From an uncultured Nitrospiraceae bacterium (GTDB lineage: Bacteria > Nitrospirota > Thermodesulfovibrionia > Thermodesulfovibrionales > Dissulfurispiraceae): a DNA stretch of 64,000 nt. A program made the position numbers and the translations under genes. Each line of letters starts with the position of its first letter. Positions within the stretch are counted from its first letter, which is position 1. The stretch spans positions 2,272,001-2,336,000 of the forward strand of contig CAVSHF010000003.1 in the NCBI GenBank assembly GCA_963727805.1, written 5' to 3'. Positions 38,294 through 49,382 of this stretch are shown one piece after another. The notes beneath the pieces are model-generated. The model was not told where the DNA came from. It searched no databases and saw only the letters and a program-made list of their open reading frames with translations.

Positions 38294-39346
38294 TCAGGAA
38301 GGACTCCCTATATACTCATTGATCATGCCGACTTCAAACCTCGAGCACGATAGCACGTTCTTTACGAAGTCAAATATCTGGTGCCGCACTTCGGGAGTCA
38401 CGTCGGGATAGAATACGGGGTTAGCAACCACGACACCGCGAAACGCATAGAATGGTGCAATCACCTCGAGCAGTTCCTCATCGCTCGTTGCTTGCAGGTA
38501 TTCATCAAAAAAGAGTTGCAGACCTGCGAGATAAGCTCCCCTTATAACACCGTGATACCGAAGGGAGAAAAAGATATAGTTGATCGTGAGTGCGGAGATA
38601 TCATCCGCCGGCTCGCCCCAAGGACCGCGACTCCTGTCAAGGAGGACTAAATCGTGGTCGTTCCGGAACCAGATGTTGCCGGGATGAAAGTCGCCATGGA
38701 CCATTGAAAGGCGATATTCTTTTCCCCTAAGCTGCGCCCGCCAGTCGATGCACATCTTTTCGATTTCCGCCATTTCGGAGCTGCTTATGGTACCGTCAGG
38801 ATAGGCATCGAAAACCCCCATCAGGCATTCTCCGTGACCTATTGTATCTCTTATCTTCCTCAGGTAGAGTGACTTAGACTCTTTTTTCTCGGCGTGTATG
38901 CGGCCGAGATAGGATGCCATTGCCTTTATCTTTGACTTGTCTACGTCGTCAAGATTTTCCTTGTCCCGAAAACGTTCAAGGTCTTTGAAGTAGTCAGTCC
39001 CCTCGGCCCGTTCCATAAGGAGATAGTATTCCTTTCCTCCGCCGATGGACTTCACCTCGCCTCCGTCAAGTTCGGCAAGAACATCAAGGGCCCGAACATG
39101 CTCCGGTAGTTTTTTATATTCGTCAAGATCAAGAAGAAAGACCCCGGCGCGGTCAGAAGGATAATCATGCCCCAGCCCTATCGGAAAGAGCGTCTTAACG
39201 ACATATGAGTTGCAACCCTTGGGAGTGGTCAAATTAATGAGAAAGCCCGAGCCCTGGACCCCAGAGCCGAGCTTGCTGATATCGATAGCAGAGACATCGG
39301 GAAAGGTCGTCCGCAGGTATGCCTTTAGTGCTTCTTCATTAATCAT
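38294..39346 (-). CDS. APH/choline-kinase-like phosphotransferase
   Basis: LGSG, HGDFHPGNI, LLD motifs. Confidence 0.85.
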   Translation of the reverse strand: MINEEALKAYLRTTFPDVSAIDISKLGSGVQGSGFLINLTTPKGCNSYVVKTLFPIGLGHDYPSDRAGVFLLDLDEYKKLPEHVRALDVLAELDGGEVKSIGGGKEYYLLMERAEGTDYFKDLERFRDKENLDDVDKSKIKAMASYLGRIHAEKKESKSLYLRKIRDTIGHGECLMGVFDAYPDGTISSSEMAEIEKMCIDWRAQLRGKEYRLSMVHGDFHPGNIWFRNDHDLVLLDRSRGPWGEPADDISALTINYIFFSLRYHGVIRGAYLAGLQLFFDEYLQATSDEELLEVIAPFYAFRGVVVANPVFYPDVTPEVRHQIFDFVKNVLSCSRFEVGMINEYIGSPS

Positions 39347-39366
39347 TCTATTATGATAATATCTAT

Positions 39367-40299
39367 TTAAAGCCTTTCCCCGAAATTAGCTCTGAATCTC
39401 TCTCTGAAATCAGCATAGGTAAAGTGATGTTCCTGGGTGCCGTATTCCTCAATCGCATAAGTCGCGGCGACGGCGCCTATTTTTGAGGCTGTCTCAATAT
39501 CTCTCCCAGTGACCAGCCCTTTGAGAAGTCCTGCTCTATAGGCGTCTCCGGCGCCGGTAGGATCAAGAACATCACGGGCCTTTGCAGCAGGGATAGTGAT
39601 TTCTTGTCCGGTTGTACTGATAATAGAGCCCTGTTCTCCAAGAGTCGTTATAATTATTTTTGTGAGTCCAAGCAGCTCTTTTCTATCCTTACCGGTCATC
39701 TTCAAGATCAGTTCAAGTTCATAGTCATTCGAGATCAGGATTGTCGAGCCGCTGATCCATTCAATCAGGTCTTTCCCATCCCAGGCAGTCAGGGACTGGC
39801 CAGGATCGCAGATGCAGTCGATACCATTGGCCTTATAAAACTTCGCATATTCGATCATGTCGCCAAGGTTTCCCGGTGCGATCAGTCCGATAGCCTTCTC
39901 TGTCATGCGCGGGAATCTATATTCCGACCGATATTTCATCGCCCCGGGATTAAATCCGGTAATCTGGTTGTCGGCCTTGTCTGTGGTAATGTATGCGCCT
40001 GCGGTAAACTCTTCTTGAATGATCTTGATACCCTCAGTGCCTATGTCGTTAACCTCCAGCCACTGGTAGTAATTAGCATGGTCCTTTCCGATAGTCGCAA
40101 GGATTGTCGAATTCTCGCCGAGGAGTCGCAGCGAGTAGGCGATGTTCCCTGCCGTGCCTCCGTATTTCTCCTGCATCCCGCTGACGGTAAAGCAGACATT
40201 TAGGATGTGAATTTTGTCCGGTAGAATATGGTCAGAAAAAAAACCGGGAAAGTCCATGATGCGGTCGTATGCGAGCGAGCCGGAGATGTAAATATTCAT
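39367..40299 (-). CDS. PfkB-family sugar/nucleoside kinase
   Basis: GSLAYD, GGTAGN, DPTGAGDAY. Confidence 0.9.
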   Translation of the reverse strand: MNIYISGSLAYDRIMDFPGFFSDHILPDKIHILNVCFTVSGMQEKYGGTAGNIAYSLRLLGENSTILATIGKDHANYYQWLEVNDIGTEGIKIIQEEFTAGAYITTDKADNQITGFNPGAMKYRSEYRFPRMTEKAIGLIAPGNLGDMIEYAKFYKANGIDCICDPGQSLTAWDGKDLIEWISGSTILISNDYELELILKMTGKDRKELLGLTKIIITTLGEQGSIISTTGQEITIPAAKARDVLDPTGAGDAYRAGLLKGLVTGRDIETASKIGAVAATYAIEEYGTQEHHFTYADFRERFRANFGERL

Positions 40300-42083
40300 A
40301 CAGTATTCCTCTCTTTAAGATGTTCTATAATGGATGCCGCGATCTTCGCATTGAATCCCTTTAACTTCACGATATCCTCAGGCGAAGCCTTTCTGATATT
40401 TTCAATACTGCTAAAATGTCTCAGGAGTTCGAGTCTCCTCTTCTTGCCGATGCCTGGGACCTTTTCGAGAAGGGATTCGGTAAACCGTTTATCCCTCAGC
40501 TTCCGGTGGAAGGTAATGACAAAACGGTGGACTTCGTCCCGTAGTTTTTTCAGCAGTAATGATGATCTATTTCTATCCTCTAGGTCAATGACTCCTCCAT
40601 CTATGAGGAACGCTCGGTCGGGTTTTTTCGCGACACCCAGGATATCGGTAGCGATACCGATATCCTGCAACGCTTTACGCGCAATCTCAAGCTGTCCTTT
40701 ACCACCGTCGATCACGATGAGGTCAGGCACTCTTCCCTCAAGGTTCCTGAAGGTCCTCAAGATGGTTTCATAAAGCATAGAATAATCGTCCATACCCGCC
40801 ACCCACTTGATACGCACGTGCCGGTAAAGATCTTTTCTGAAATCCCCCCGTTCCCACCAAATCAGGGCGCCGACCGATTCGCTCCCGAAGAGGGTTGATA
40901 CATCGAAGGCGCCGATAGACTCCGGCGGCTTGCTGAGATTGAAGCGGTCCGCTAGTTCGATTATGAACTCCGCTTTATGAGTCTTTCTTTTTGCACCCAA
41001 ATGGAAACGGGCATTCTCGGTCGCCATCCTGAGGAGTTCAAGCTTTTTACCCTCTCTCGGCACAACTATTTTGACCCGCATGTTCTTTCTGCTTTTGAGC
41101 CAGGAAAGAAGAGAGGCTTTATCGGCGGGAATGACCTGTGTCAGAATAGTCGCGGCGGGAAGGATTTCTTTTGAGTAGAAGAGTTCAATGAAGCTCCTCA
41201 TAATCTCCGCATCTCCGGTATTGAGCTGATTGTCGATGAAGAAGTCCTTTGCGCCAATCATCATGCCATTTCTAATAAACAGAATATGAATCGCCGCATC
41301 GCCGCTACTGTCGGTTTCATCTTTGTAAAAACCGATCACATCGAGGTCGCCGAGTTCGGGGGCTATAATCTTCTGGGACTCGAAGGCCTTCCTGAGCCGT
41401 GAGATGCTGTCTCTCACCTGCGCGGCCTCTTCATACCTCATCCCTGAGGAATAGCGCTGCATTTTTTTTTCAAGCTGCCCAATAAGCCCTTTCTTTTCGC
41501 CTTTGAGGAACAGGACGATATCGTTCACCATCTTCATATACTCTTCGGTGCCAACCTTGCGCCCGCAGGGAGCGCAGCAGCGCTTCATCTGGTACTGGAT
41601 GCAGGGTTTTCGAGATTTTTCAAGGAGGTGGTCGCACGTCCTAATGGGAAAATTCTTCCGTATGAAGCCGAGTGCCTCCCACATCGCCTGAGCCGGAATG
41701 TAAGGCCCGAAATAGAGATTGCCGTCCCTCGTAATCTTTCTGACGACCACTACACGCGGCCATTGCTCGGTTATGGTCACTTTAAGATATGGATAGTTCT
41801 TGTCGTCCCTCAGGACAATATTGAATTTGGGCTTATATTGTTTTATTAGGTTCGCTTCAAGTATCCATGCCTCAAGTTCATTATCCGTCGCAATGTAAGA
41901 GAAGTCCTTGATCTCGCTCACCATTGCGGCCTTCCTCGCATCGAGCTTGGAAGAGCCCTGGAAATAACTTCTCAGCCGGTTCTTTAGGTTCTTCGCCTTG
42001 CCGACATAAATCACCCTCTCACCGGAGGCCTTAAACAAGTACACGCCGGGATTTTGAGGCACTTGTGTCAGATCGACAGTCAT
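40296..42083 (-). CDS. uvrC: Excinuclease ABC subunit C
   Basis: PGVY..IYVGKAKNL GIY-YIG, DGGKGQ, RDEVHRF, HhH; likely start MTVDL at 42083. Confidence 0.96.
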   Translation of the reverse strand: MTVDLTQVPQNPGVYLFKASGERVIYVGKAKNLKNRLRSYFQGSSKLDARKAAMVSEIKDFSYIATDNELEAWILEANLIKQYKPKFNIVLRDDKNYPYLKVTITEQWPRVVVVRKITRDGNLYFGPYIPAQAMWEALGFIRKNFPIRTCDHLLEKSRKPCIQYQMKRCCAPCGRKVGTEEYMKMVNDIVLFLKGEKKGLIGQLEKKMQRYSSGMRYEEAAQVRDSISRLRKAFESQKIIAPELGDLDVIGFYKDETDSSGDAAIHILFIRNGMMIGAKDFFIDNQLNTGDAEIMRSFIELFYSKEILPAATILTQVIPADKASLLSWLKSRKNMRVKIVVPREGKKLELLRMATENARFHLGAKRKTHKAEFIIELADRFNLSKPPESIGAFDVSTLFGSESVGALIWWERGDFRKDLYRHVRIKWVAGMDDYSMLYETILRTFRNLEGRVPDLIVIDGGKGQLEIARKALQDIGIATDILGVAKKPDRAFLIDGGVIDLEDRNRSSLLLKKLRDEVHRFVITFHRKLRDKRFTESLLEKVPGIGKKRRLELLRHFSSIENIRKASPEDIVKLKGFNAKIAASIIEHLKERNTV

Positions 42084-42150
42084 ATCATAAATATACCACA
42101 CCAACAGCAGCAGACTCTCCAATACCTTATTGCAGCTGCTATAATATGAA

Positions 42151-43944
42151 ATGCGGTTGCCAGGATGGTTCAAGGTCACGATTCTCTTTCTCTTCATGAT
42201 TGCGATAGGGGGGACAGGAGGATATGTCTATGCGCTCTTTTCCGATCTTCCCGACATCCGCAAGCTCGAAAGTTATGCCCCTCTCGAATCATCGGTCGTC
42301 TATTCATCCGACGGGAAGGTCATTGCGGAGTTCTATCTCGAAAGACGGACGTACATCCCCTACTACAAGATCCCATTGAAAGTGAAGCAGGCCTTTGTCG
42401 CCATCGAGGACCAGCGCTTTTATTCGCACCATGGCATTGACTTCTTAGGGATCCTGCGGGCTGTCTACAAGGACATCAGGGCTCAAGGGGTTGTCGAGGG
42501 AGGCAGCACCATCACGCAGCAACTAGCCAAGATGGTTTTTTTCAAGCCTGAGAAGAGTGTGAAGAGGAAGATCAAGGAAGCCATTATTTCGGCCCAGATA
42601 GAGAAACGATATACAAAAGACGAAATACTCGGGATGTATCTGAATCAGGCCTATTTCGGCACAAGGGCATACGGCATAGATGCTGCCGCCCGCACCTATT
42701 TCGGTAAACCGGTCGATGAGCTGTCAATCGCCGAGATGGCGATGATCGCAGGACTCCAGAAGGCGCCAACTTCTTATTCTCCCTTCAGAAAACCTGAAAA
42801 GGCCCACACAAGAAGAAACCTCGTTTTGAACAATATGCTCGATAACGGCTTTATCACCCAGGAAGAGTATGAAAAAGCCAAGGGTGCTCCATTGCCCGCT
42901 AAACCCTTCTTCCGCAAATTCGAAGCGCCCTATTTCGTAGAATCGCTCAGGCAGCAGCTCGAAGAACGATACAGCGATCTCTATACCGCGGGGTACAAAA
43001 TCAATTCGACCATCGATTTCACGATGCAGAAGACCGCCGAGGAGGCGGTATTAAACGGCATCAAGGCATTAGATCAGAGGGAAAAACGGGGTGCCCAAGC
43101 CGCCCTGATCGCCATCGATCTCAGAGACGGCCATATTAAGGCACTCGTCGGAGGCAACGATTTCTGGGAGACCCAGTTCAACAGGGTAACCATGGCGATA
43201 AGACAGCCGGGCTCAGCATTCAAACCTTTTGTCTATGCTACGGCTCTCGAAAAAGGAATGACCGGAGAGAGCAAAATACTCGACGGACCGATATCGTTTC
43301 CGGGTGCAGTACATGGGAAGCCTTGGTCACCAAAAAACTATGATGGAAAGTACCACGGATATGTACCTTTGACAACAGCCATCGCTCTTTCATTGAACAC
43401 TGCAACGGTTAGGCTCGCTAACCAAATCGGCATCAAGGATGTCATCGACGTTGCCCAGAGATGCGGAATAAAAAGTACTATAGCCCCGTATCTTTCCGCT
43501 GCACTCGGGGCTGCTGATGTCACGCCGATGGAGATCACCACCGCCTATATGACCTTTGCAACGGGGAAAAGGACCAAGCCGGTTTATTACGATAAGATCC
43601 TGAGCCGTGATGGCTTTGTACTTTCAGAAGGAGATTCGTCTTCCGAAGATGTTTTTTCAGAGGAGACAGTGATGCAGATGAAGAATCTCCTCAGGGGTGT
43701 CGTCGAGCATGGGACCGCAATGAAGGCAAAGGAGATACCGAGGATGGTCTATGGGAAAACCGGCACGACGAATGATTTCTCTGATGCTTGGTTTATAGGG
43801 TTCGATGACTCCCTTGTGGTCGGAGTATGGGTGGGAAGGGACAACCATGTTCCCATAGGCAATAAAGAGACCGGCGCAAGGGCGGCACTGCCGATCTGGA
43901 TGGAGTTCATGCAGAAGATCGACAAGTATTCGGGGTATAAATAA
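42151..43944 (+). CDS. Class A penicillin-binding protein (PBP1A family)
   Basis: EDQRF, GGSTITQQ, SAFK, SLN, KTG. Confidence 0.95.
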   Translation: MRLPGWFKVTILFLFMIAIGGTGGYVYALFSDLPDIRKLESYAPLESSVVYSSDGKVIAEFYLERRTYIPYYKIPLKVKQAFVAIEDQRFYSHHGIDFLGILRAVYKDIRAQGVVEGGSTITQQLAKMVFFKPEKSVKRKIKEAIISAQIEKRYTKDEILGMYLNQAYFGTRAYGIDAAARTYFGKPVDELSIAEMAMIAGLQKAPTSYSPFRKPEKAHTRRNLVLNNMLDNGFITQEEYEKAKGAPLPAKPFFRKFEAPYFVESLRQQLEERYSDLYTAGYKINSTIDFTMQKTAEEAVLNGIKALDQREKRGAQAALIAIDLRDGHIKALVGGNDFWETQFNRVTMAIRQPGSAFKPFVYATALEKGMTGESKILDGPISFPGAVHGKPWSPKNYDGKYHGYVPLTTAIALSLNTATVRLANQIGIKDVIDVAQRCGIKSTIAPYLSAALGAADVTPMEITTAYMTFATGKRTKPVYYDKILSRDGFVLSEGDSSSEDVFSEETVMQMKNLLRGVVEHGTAMKAKEIPRMVYGKTGTTNDFSDAWFIGFDDSLVVGVWVGRDNHVPIGNKETGARAALPIWMEFMQKIDKYSGYK

Positions 43945-43966
43945 TCGGGTAGAGAGCGGGAAGTTT

Positions 43967-44635
43967 ATGACCACCGAGAAACAGGCCTCCCCTCAAAAAC
44001 ATCTTACGCTCAGGACGATATACGAAAAGCTTTATGCGTTTTACGGTCCCCAATACTGGTGGCCAGGAGATACTCCTTTCGAAATGACCGTCGGCGCTAT
44101 ACTTACCCAGAACACTAATTGGGCCAATGTTGAAAAGGCCATCGATAATCTCAAAGTGCATGACGTTATGAATTCACGGGCACTTCACAAACTACCGCTC
44201 CAAACGCTCGCCGCTTTGATCCGTCCTTCCGGGTATTACAACATCAAGGCTAAGAGAATTAGGGCCTTCCTTAACTTCCTCTTCGAAAAGTATGGGGGCA
44301 GCGTGGGGCGCATGAAAACTGATGAGACGAGAACACTTAGGAAGGAACTTCTCGCAATTAATGGAATCGGTCCGGAGACGGCAGATTCGATCCTCCTCTA
44401 TGCACTTGAAAAGCCAGTATTTGTTATCGATGCGTACACTAGGAGGATCTTCTCTCGCCACGACATTATCGACGCAAATGTGCGCTATGATGAATACCAG
44501 GATTTCTTTCACTGCGAACTCGACCAGGACGTACATCTCTTTAATGAATACCATGCGCTTCTGGTGAGAGTAGGAAAAGAATACTGCAGGACGGAGCGCC
44601 GGTGCGAGAGGTGTCCTCTTTCAGTACTTCAATAA
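43967..44635 (+). CDS. HhH-GPD / endonuclease III-domain DNA glycosylase
   Basis: ILTQNT, GIGPETAD, VIDAY, C-terminal Cys cluster. Confidence 0.88.
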   Translation: MTTEKQASPQKHLTLRTIYEKLYAFYGPQYWWPGDTPFEMTVGAILTQNTNWANVEKAIDNLKVHDVMNSRALHKLPLQTLAALIRPSGYYNIKAKRIRAFLNFLFEKYGGSVGRMKTDETRTLRKELLAINGIGPETADSILLYALEKPVFVIDAYTRRIFSRHDIIDANVRYDEYQDFFHCELDQDVHLFNEYHALLVRVGKEYCRTERRCERCPLSVLQ

Positions 44636-44876
44636 ATATATAACCTTCAAATGTTTTATCATTGCTGCTGAGCGCAGCAGCCGCTATACTTTACCTATGT
44701 TTAAAGAAGTCCTTACTAAAGTTAATGAATACTCAAACTCGGAAGTAGCGACGCGCTGCACTGTCGCCTTTGCCCTTTCGTATGTATTAGCGATGGCCTG
44801 ATGAGTAGCAACATTGGGCATGGCAACTGTGTGTGAAATGATAGCAAATAAAATATAATGATAGTGAGAGAATAAT

Positions 44877-46511
44877 ATGAAGGCATCCGATCTTTTCGTC
44901 AGACAACTTGAAGAGGAAGGCGTTGATTACATCTTCGGCCTGCCCGGAGAGGAAAACCTCGACTTCCTCGAATCCCTGCGCACCTCCTCTATCAAGGTGA
45001 TCATTACACGTCATGAACAGTCAGCCGCGTTCATGGCTGCTACTTACGGAAGACTCACGGGAAAGGCCGGAGTCTGTTTTTCGACTCTCGGACCAGGGGC
45101 ATTGAATCTTGTTACCGGTGTGGCCCACGCGCAGCTCATCGGCGCGCCATTCGTTTCGATTTCCGGACAGAAAGCGCTCAGGGAGAATTGGCAGGCTCGT
45201 TTCCAACTCATCAATATTGTGGAAGTCATGGAGCCTATCACAAAGGAATCGGTCTCGGTTGTGGACCCTGGCACTATTCCCACGATTGTGCGCAACGCAT
45301 TCAGGGTAGCACAATCTGAGCGGCCCGGTGCCGTGCATATTGAGTTGCCGGAGGATGTCGCCGAGAGCCACACCGATGCACAGGTGCAGAAGCCCGGATA
45401 CATTCGAAGACCGATACCCGATTCCAAAGCCATCGCCCGTGCCGCCGAGATGGTCAATGGATCAAAGCACCCCCTGATTATCCTTTCATCCGGGGCAAAC
45501 CGGAATATGATCAACCGACAGCTGACGCAATTTATCGAAAAGACCGGAATCTATGCCGTGCATACACAAATGGGCAAGGGTGTTTTGAGCGATGAATCGG
45601 AACACAGCCTTTTCGCCACCGGCATCCACCGCCATGACTACGTGAATTGCGGTATCGACCGGGCCGATGTGATCATCACGATTGGGTACAATATCGTCGA
45701 ATATCCGCCTTACATCTGGAACGCCAATCTTGAGAAGAAAATCATCAATATCGACTTCGCCGAAGCAGAAGTTGACAAATATTATAATCCCGACATCGAA
45801 ATTATCGGAGATATTCACTCTTCCCTGAGACATCTGGGGGAGATGATCACCCCGAGAAAAGATGATGTAACATTTAAAGCTGTGCGAGAATTCCTGAACC
45901 GCAAGCTATTACTTGATGTCAAAAATCAGTATCCGGTGACCCCTCAGGAAGTTGTGCAGCATGTGCGTGAGGCGCTGGCGCATGAGGACATTCTGACGCT
46001 CGATAATGGGATTTACAAGTTGTGGTTTTCACGGCTCTACAGGACTTACAAACCCAATACGTTTCTGGTGGACAATGCACTCGCGGCGATGGGCGCGGGA
46101 CTTCCCGCCGCTATCATGGCCAAGATGCTCAAACCTGATCGTAACGTCCTGGCTGTAGTTGGGGATGGCGGGTTCATGATGAATTCCCAGGAAATAGAGA
46201 CAGCCCTGAGATACAATGTCCCTGTTGTTATCCTGCTCCTGAACGACAACGCATTTGGTTTTATTAAGTGGAAACAACTGTGCAAGGGATATCCGAGTTT
46301 CGCCCTCGATTATTCGAATCCCGACTTCATGAAGTATGCGGAAAGCTTTGGGGCAGTCGGTATGAAAGTAAAGAAAGGAGACGATATTTCACAACTCTTG
46401 CGCAGAGCGTTTTTGCTGAAGAAACCGGTCCTCATCGAATGTCCGATCGATTATTCTGTCAACTTCGAAACCTTTTCCGGAGAACTTGAGAATATCGTCT
46501 GCGAGTGCTGA
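44877..46511 (+). CDS. Acetolactate synthase large-subunit-like ThDP enzyme
   Basis: GLPGEEN, RHEQ, TLGPG, GDGGF..N. Confidence 0.9.
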   Translation: MKASDLFVRQLEEEGVDYIFGLPGEENLDFLESLRTSSIKVIITRHEQSAAFMAATYGRLTGKAGVCFSTLGPGALNLVTGVAHAQLIGAPFVSISGQKALRENWQARFQLINIVEVMEPITKESVSVVDPGTIPTIVRNAFRVAQSERPGAVHIELPEDVAESHTDAQVQKPGYIRRPIPDSKAIARAAEMVNGSKHPLIILSSGANRNMINRQLTQFIEKTGIYAVHTQMGKGVLSDESEHSLFATGIHRHDYVNCGIDRADVIITIGYNIVEYPPYIWNANLEKKIINIDFAEAEVDKYYNPDIEIIGDIHSSLRHLGEMITPRKDDVTFKAVREFLNRKLLLDVKNQYPVTPQEVVQHVREALAHEDILTLDNGIYKLWFSRLYRTYKPNTFLVDNALAAMGAGLPAAIMAKMLKPDRNVLAVVGDGGFMMNSQEIETALRYNVPVVILLLNDNAFGFIKWKQLCKGYPSFALDYSNPDFMKYAESFGAVGMKVKKGDDISQLLRRAFLLKKPVLIECPIDYSVNFETFSGELENIVCEC

Positions 46512-46614
46512 GCATCTGGAACTTTGCAGATGGTCCATGGAAGATAATGAACGGAGGCACCAGAATGCATGATAGCATAGAAACCCTAGAACACTCGTTC
46601 GGTGTCATTGATAC

Positions 46615-46815
46615 ATGATTACTGACGATGACTACAAGAAGGTTTTCGTGTTGGCGACCGCGGTCTTGGGGAATAAAACTAAGGCCAGAAAATGGCTCTC
46701 GGCAGGCCAATTCGCACTTGGTGGTATAGCCCCCCTCGACTTCATGGAAACCCCGGAAGGCTCTCAGGAAGTTTACAAGCTCCTTGGTCGTATCGATGAC
46801 GGGGCGCTTCTGTGA
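46615..46815 (+). CDS. Xre/MbcA/ParS-type antitoxin C-terminal domain
   Basis: A..VLG....A..WL.....ALGG..PLD...T..G...V..LLGRI..G pattern. Confidence 0.8.
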   Translation: MITDDDYKKVFVLATAVLGNKTKARKWLSAGQFALGGIAPLDFMETPEGSQEVYKLLGRIDDGALL

Positions 46816-46961
46816 AAACGTGCATATAAATCGGATTCATCACGTCTCTTGAGCATTCTGTTCATAAAACAGCACGAAATTATGCAGCAGAGCAGAATTC
46901 CCCGCCTTGCATCGCAGCTTGTAGACGCGTAGGATATAAGAAGAGGAAATGGATAAAATCA

Positions 46962-47504
46962 ATGATCTTGTGCAAGTTTTTTGGAAAATGCATATTTCTC
47001 GCCACTATCATAATGCTGCTTTCTGGCTGTCCCTATTATTCAGAGGTCCCTATCGACCGGAGTGAACTCGCATATATCGATAAGGAACTGATCGGAAATT
47101 GGCTCTATAAAAACACTGATCAGAAGGAATCGGAGATTGTAACTATTTCTCCGTTCAATGAACGCGAGCTTCTGATCATTATCCGGGACGAAGGTAAATG
47201 TGCGTATGATTTTTACAGGGCCTTTGTTAGCGTAGTGGACGGCGAAAAGTTCCTCAATGTTCAGGAGATCAAGTCGTCAAATGAGAAGCGATCCTGGGTG
47301 TTCGTTAACTATAGGATATCCTCTGGTGAATTGACAATCAGGATTGTCGAAGACAAGCTTTTCAAAGATAAAATTGCATCTTCTTCAGCACTGATGGACT
47401 TCTTAAACTCCAACGTCGAAAACAGGGACCTCTACGGCAGCGACGGCGTAAAAGTCCTGAAATTCGTTAGAGAAGTCGTGCCGCACCCCCCCCCTGAAAA
47501 ATAA
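46962..47504 (+). CDS. Putative lipoprotein
   Basis: Lipobox LSGC after a hydrophobic segment. Confidence 0.7.
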   Translation: MILCKFFGKCIFLATIIMLLSGCPYYSEVPIDRSELAYIDKELIGNWLYKNTDQKESEIVTISPFNERELLIIIRDEGKCAYDFYRAFVSVVDGEKFLNVQEIKSSNEKRSWVFVNYRISSGELTIRIVEDKLFKDKIASSSALMDFLNSNVENRDLYGSDGVKVLKFVREVVPHPPPEK

Positions 47505-47511
47505 AGCTATT

Positions 47512-48108
47512 ATGCCAGACGATACAAAAGCAGAAGTTGAGGAGCACATCGATGAAACGGGCGCTGTATATTATGTCGACAGATTCGAGCGCCTGCTTGC
47601 GGTATCGGATTTTGATTATGGCGATCACTATAAGATGAGTTGCGAGGCTTGTGAGAAATATGGAAAGAATCTTGCATGCCCCCCCTTTAGCCCCTCGTTT
47701 TTTAGCTACATAGATAACGCTCCGGTGGCCAAGGTTATCTGCCTGAGAGTCCCGCAGGAATATTTCAACCATTTGCCGTCAGAGGAAAGATATCACGCCT
47801 GTTTCAGAAAGGCGAGAAGTCTTCTCGTAGGGATATTACTAGATTATCGAAAAAAAGGATATGCGGTAGCAGGCTCTGGTGCTTGTCTGGCATGTGAGAT
47901 CTGTGCAGCAGAGGACGAGGCAGACTGCCGGCAATGCAGACAACCCGACAAGCTCATTTACAGCCTCGAATCGATGGGAGTCAATGTGATTGCGTTAGTT
48001 AAGAAAAGTTTCGATATCGACCTTGAGTGGAATTCTGATGAGCAATTTGCTGATTTTGTTGATGCTGTCGGTGCCGTATTTTTTAATGGCGACGAAATGA
48101 TAGCCTAG
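47512..48108 (+). CDS. DUF2284-like metal-binding protein
   Basis: CxxC..YG....CPP, GxCxxCxxC, SLESMG.NV. Confidence 0.8.
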   Translation: MPDDTKAEVEEHIDETGAVYYVDRFERLLAVSDFDYGDHYKMSCEACEKYGKNLACPPFSPSFFSYIDNAPVAKVICLRVPQEYFNHLPSEERYHACFRKARSLLVGILLDYRKKGYAVAGSGACLACEICAAEDEADCRQCRQPDKLIYSLESMGVNVIALVKKSFDIDLEWNSDEQFADFVDAVGAVFFNGDEMIA

Positions 48109-48314
48109 AATCATCTTGCTTGCCAGAGCGACAATGGCACTCTGAGGTTCAGCTGGACGCAGACCAATCACTGTCTGGGAGCCCTGATAGAGGCTGCACC
48201 TTTTTATTTTAGATTGACAGTGGCTTTCGAGGACCCCATTGCTCATCCAGAACGGCCAGACAGAGAGCTTTGCAGGGCGGTTATGATCATCCATCTTTCA
48301 AGAGGAGAAAACTC

Positions 48315-49247
48315 ATGAGCAAGATAGCAGTGTCTCTGATAATGATCCTTTACTGGTGTTCGCTGGCCGCGGCCGGAATCGTCAATGTCGAATTCAACTT
48401 TACGCCTTTTGTTGGGGACCCTATAAAGGCAGATCATGTTGAAACAGTACCCGGCAAGGCGTCGGTTTATATCAACAACGTTCTGGTGGCTGAAAAAGAG
48501 GTGGACAAAACAGAGGTTCCCGTCCTTTTTGAGGAACGCGAAATCGCGGCGTCAGTATGGTTACCGGTAAGATCTCTAGGCCCGGCATTGCGCAAGGGGA
48601 AAAACAGGATCCGCATCAAATTCGAGCCTACTGATTCCAAAGTACCGTACTATGCGCAGCTTCGTTGGGCGTCAGTGACGGACCGGGTTACGAGGACGGA
48701 AGATGACTCGGGGCACGTGCATGAGACCAATCAAAGCAGCGAGGGGGTGGATGAAAAGAAAGCTACGGGTCGTGTCGAATTCGAACGTGAGTTCGTCGCG
48801 GATTTCGCAGCCGATCTGCCTTGGCATCATTATCCCCCTGTAACAACCCTCGGTGATGAGGACAGGAAAGTTCTTGCGAAGCTAGTACAGGAGCGAGTAG
48901 AGATTTTTAAACCAAACTTTGCCGGAGCATACCAAATAGTGAAGAGCAAATCGGACATCGACCCGGCCGAGATCAAAAAAACCAGGTGTCTCGACAAGGG
49001 CTATGCAGCTGGAGTTCGGGTCGCCGCCCATCCTTCCGATGAACTCGATTTTGTCGTGACCGGAAATCCAGAAATTGTTATTCAAGGCAAAGCAGGAAGT
49101 CTCCACTATCCGCTTGATCCGAAAGCATTTGACCGGATTGAAGGCGATGATGTGCAAATGTGTGTTGTCATGGTCTTATCCATTCTCTACCCACCGAGTC
49201 TCGTGGTCGTGCACGACGCTGCCGGGAAATGGGCAGTGGTCTATTGA
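48315..49247 (+). CDS. Hypothetical exported protein
   Basis: GAGGAG RBS, signal peptide MSKIAVSLIMILYWCSLAAA. Confidence 0.75.
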   Translation: MSKIAVSLIMILYWCSLAAAGIVNVEFNFTPFVGDPIKADHVETVPGKASVYINNVLVAEKEVDKTEVPVLFEEREIAASVWLPVRSLGPALRKGKNRIRIKFEPTDSKVPYYAQLRWASVTDRVTRTEDDSGHVHETNQSSEGVDEKKATGRVEFEREFVADFAADLPWHHYPPVTTLGDEDRKVLAKLVQERVEIFKPNFAGAYQIVKSKSDIDPAEIKKTRCLDKGYAAGVRVAAHPSDELDFVVTGNPEIVIQGKAGSLHYPLDPKAFDRIEGDDVQMCVVMVLSILYPPSLVVVHDAAGKWAVVY

Positions 49248-49382
49248 CAATGGTGGCCATCGTGGTTATTCCCATAACGATCATACAAATAGAGAGAGGG
49301 AGCTATAAACATACCGGAGCGAAGCGATGCTGTGGTTCCTGAACCCTCAGAGGATTAGGCAGGTAATTTAAATCAATGTATC

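Noticed and set aside
38083..38322. 79-aa plus-strand ORF after uvrB
   Set aside because: No motif, weak RBS, overlaps the convergent gene end; cannot be supported
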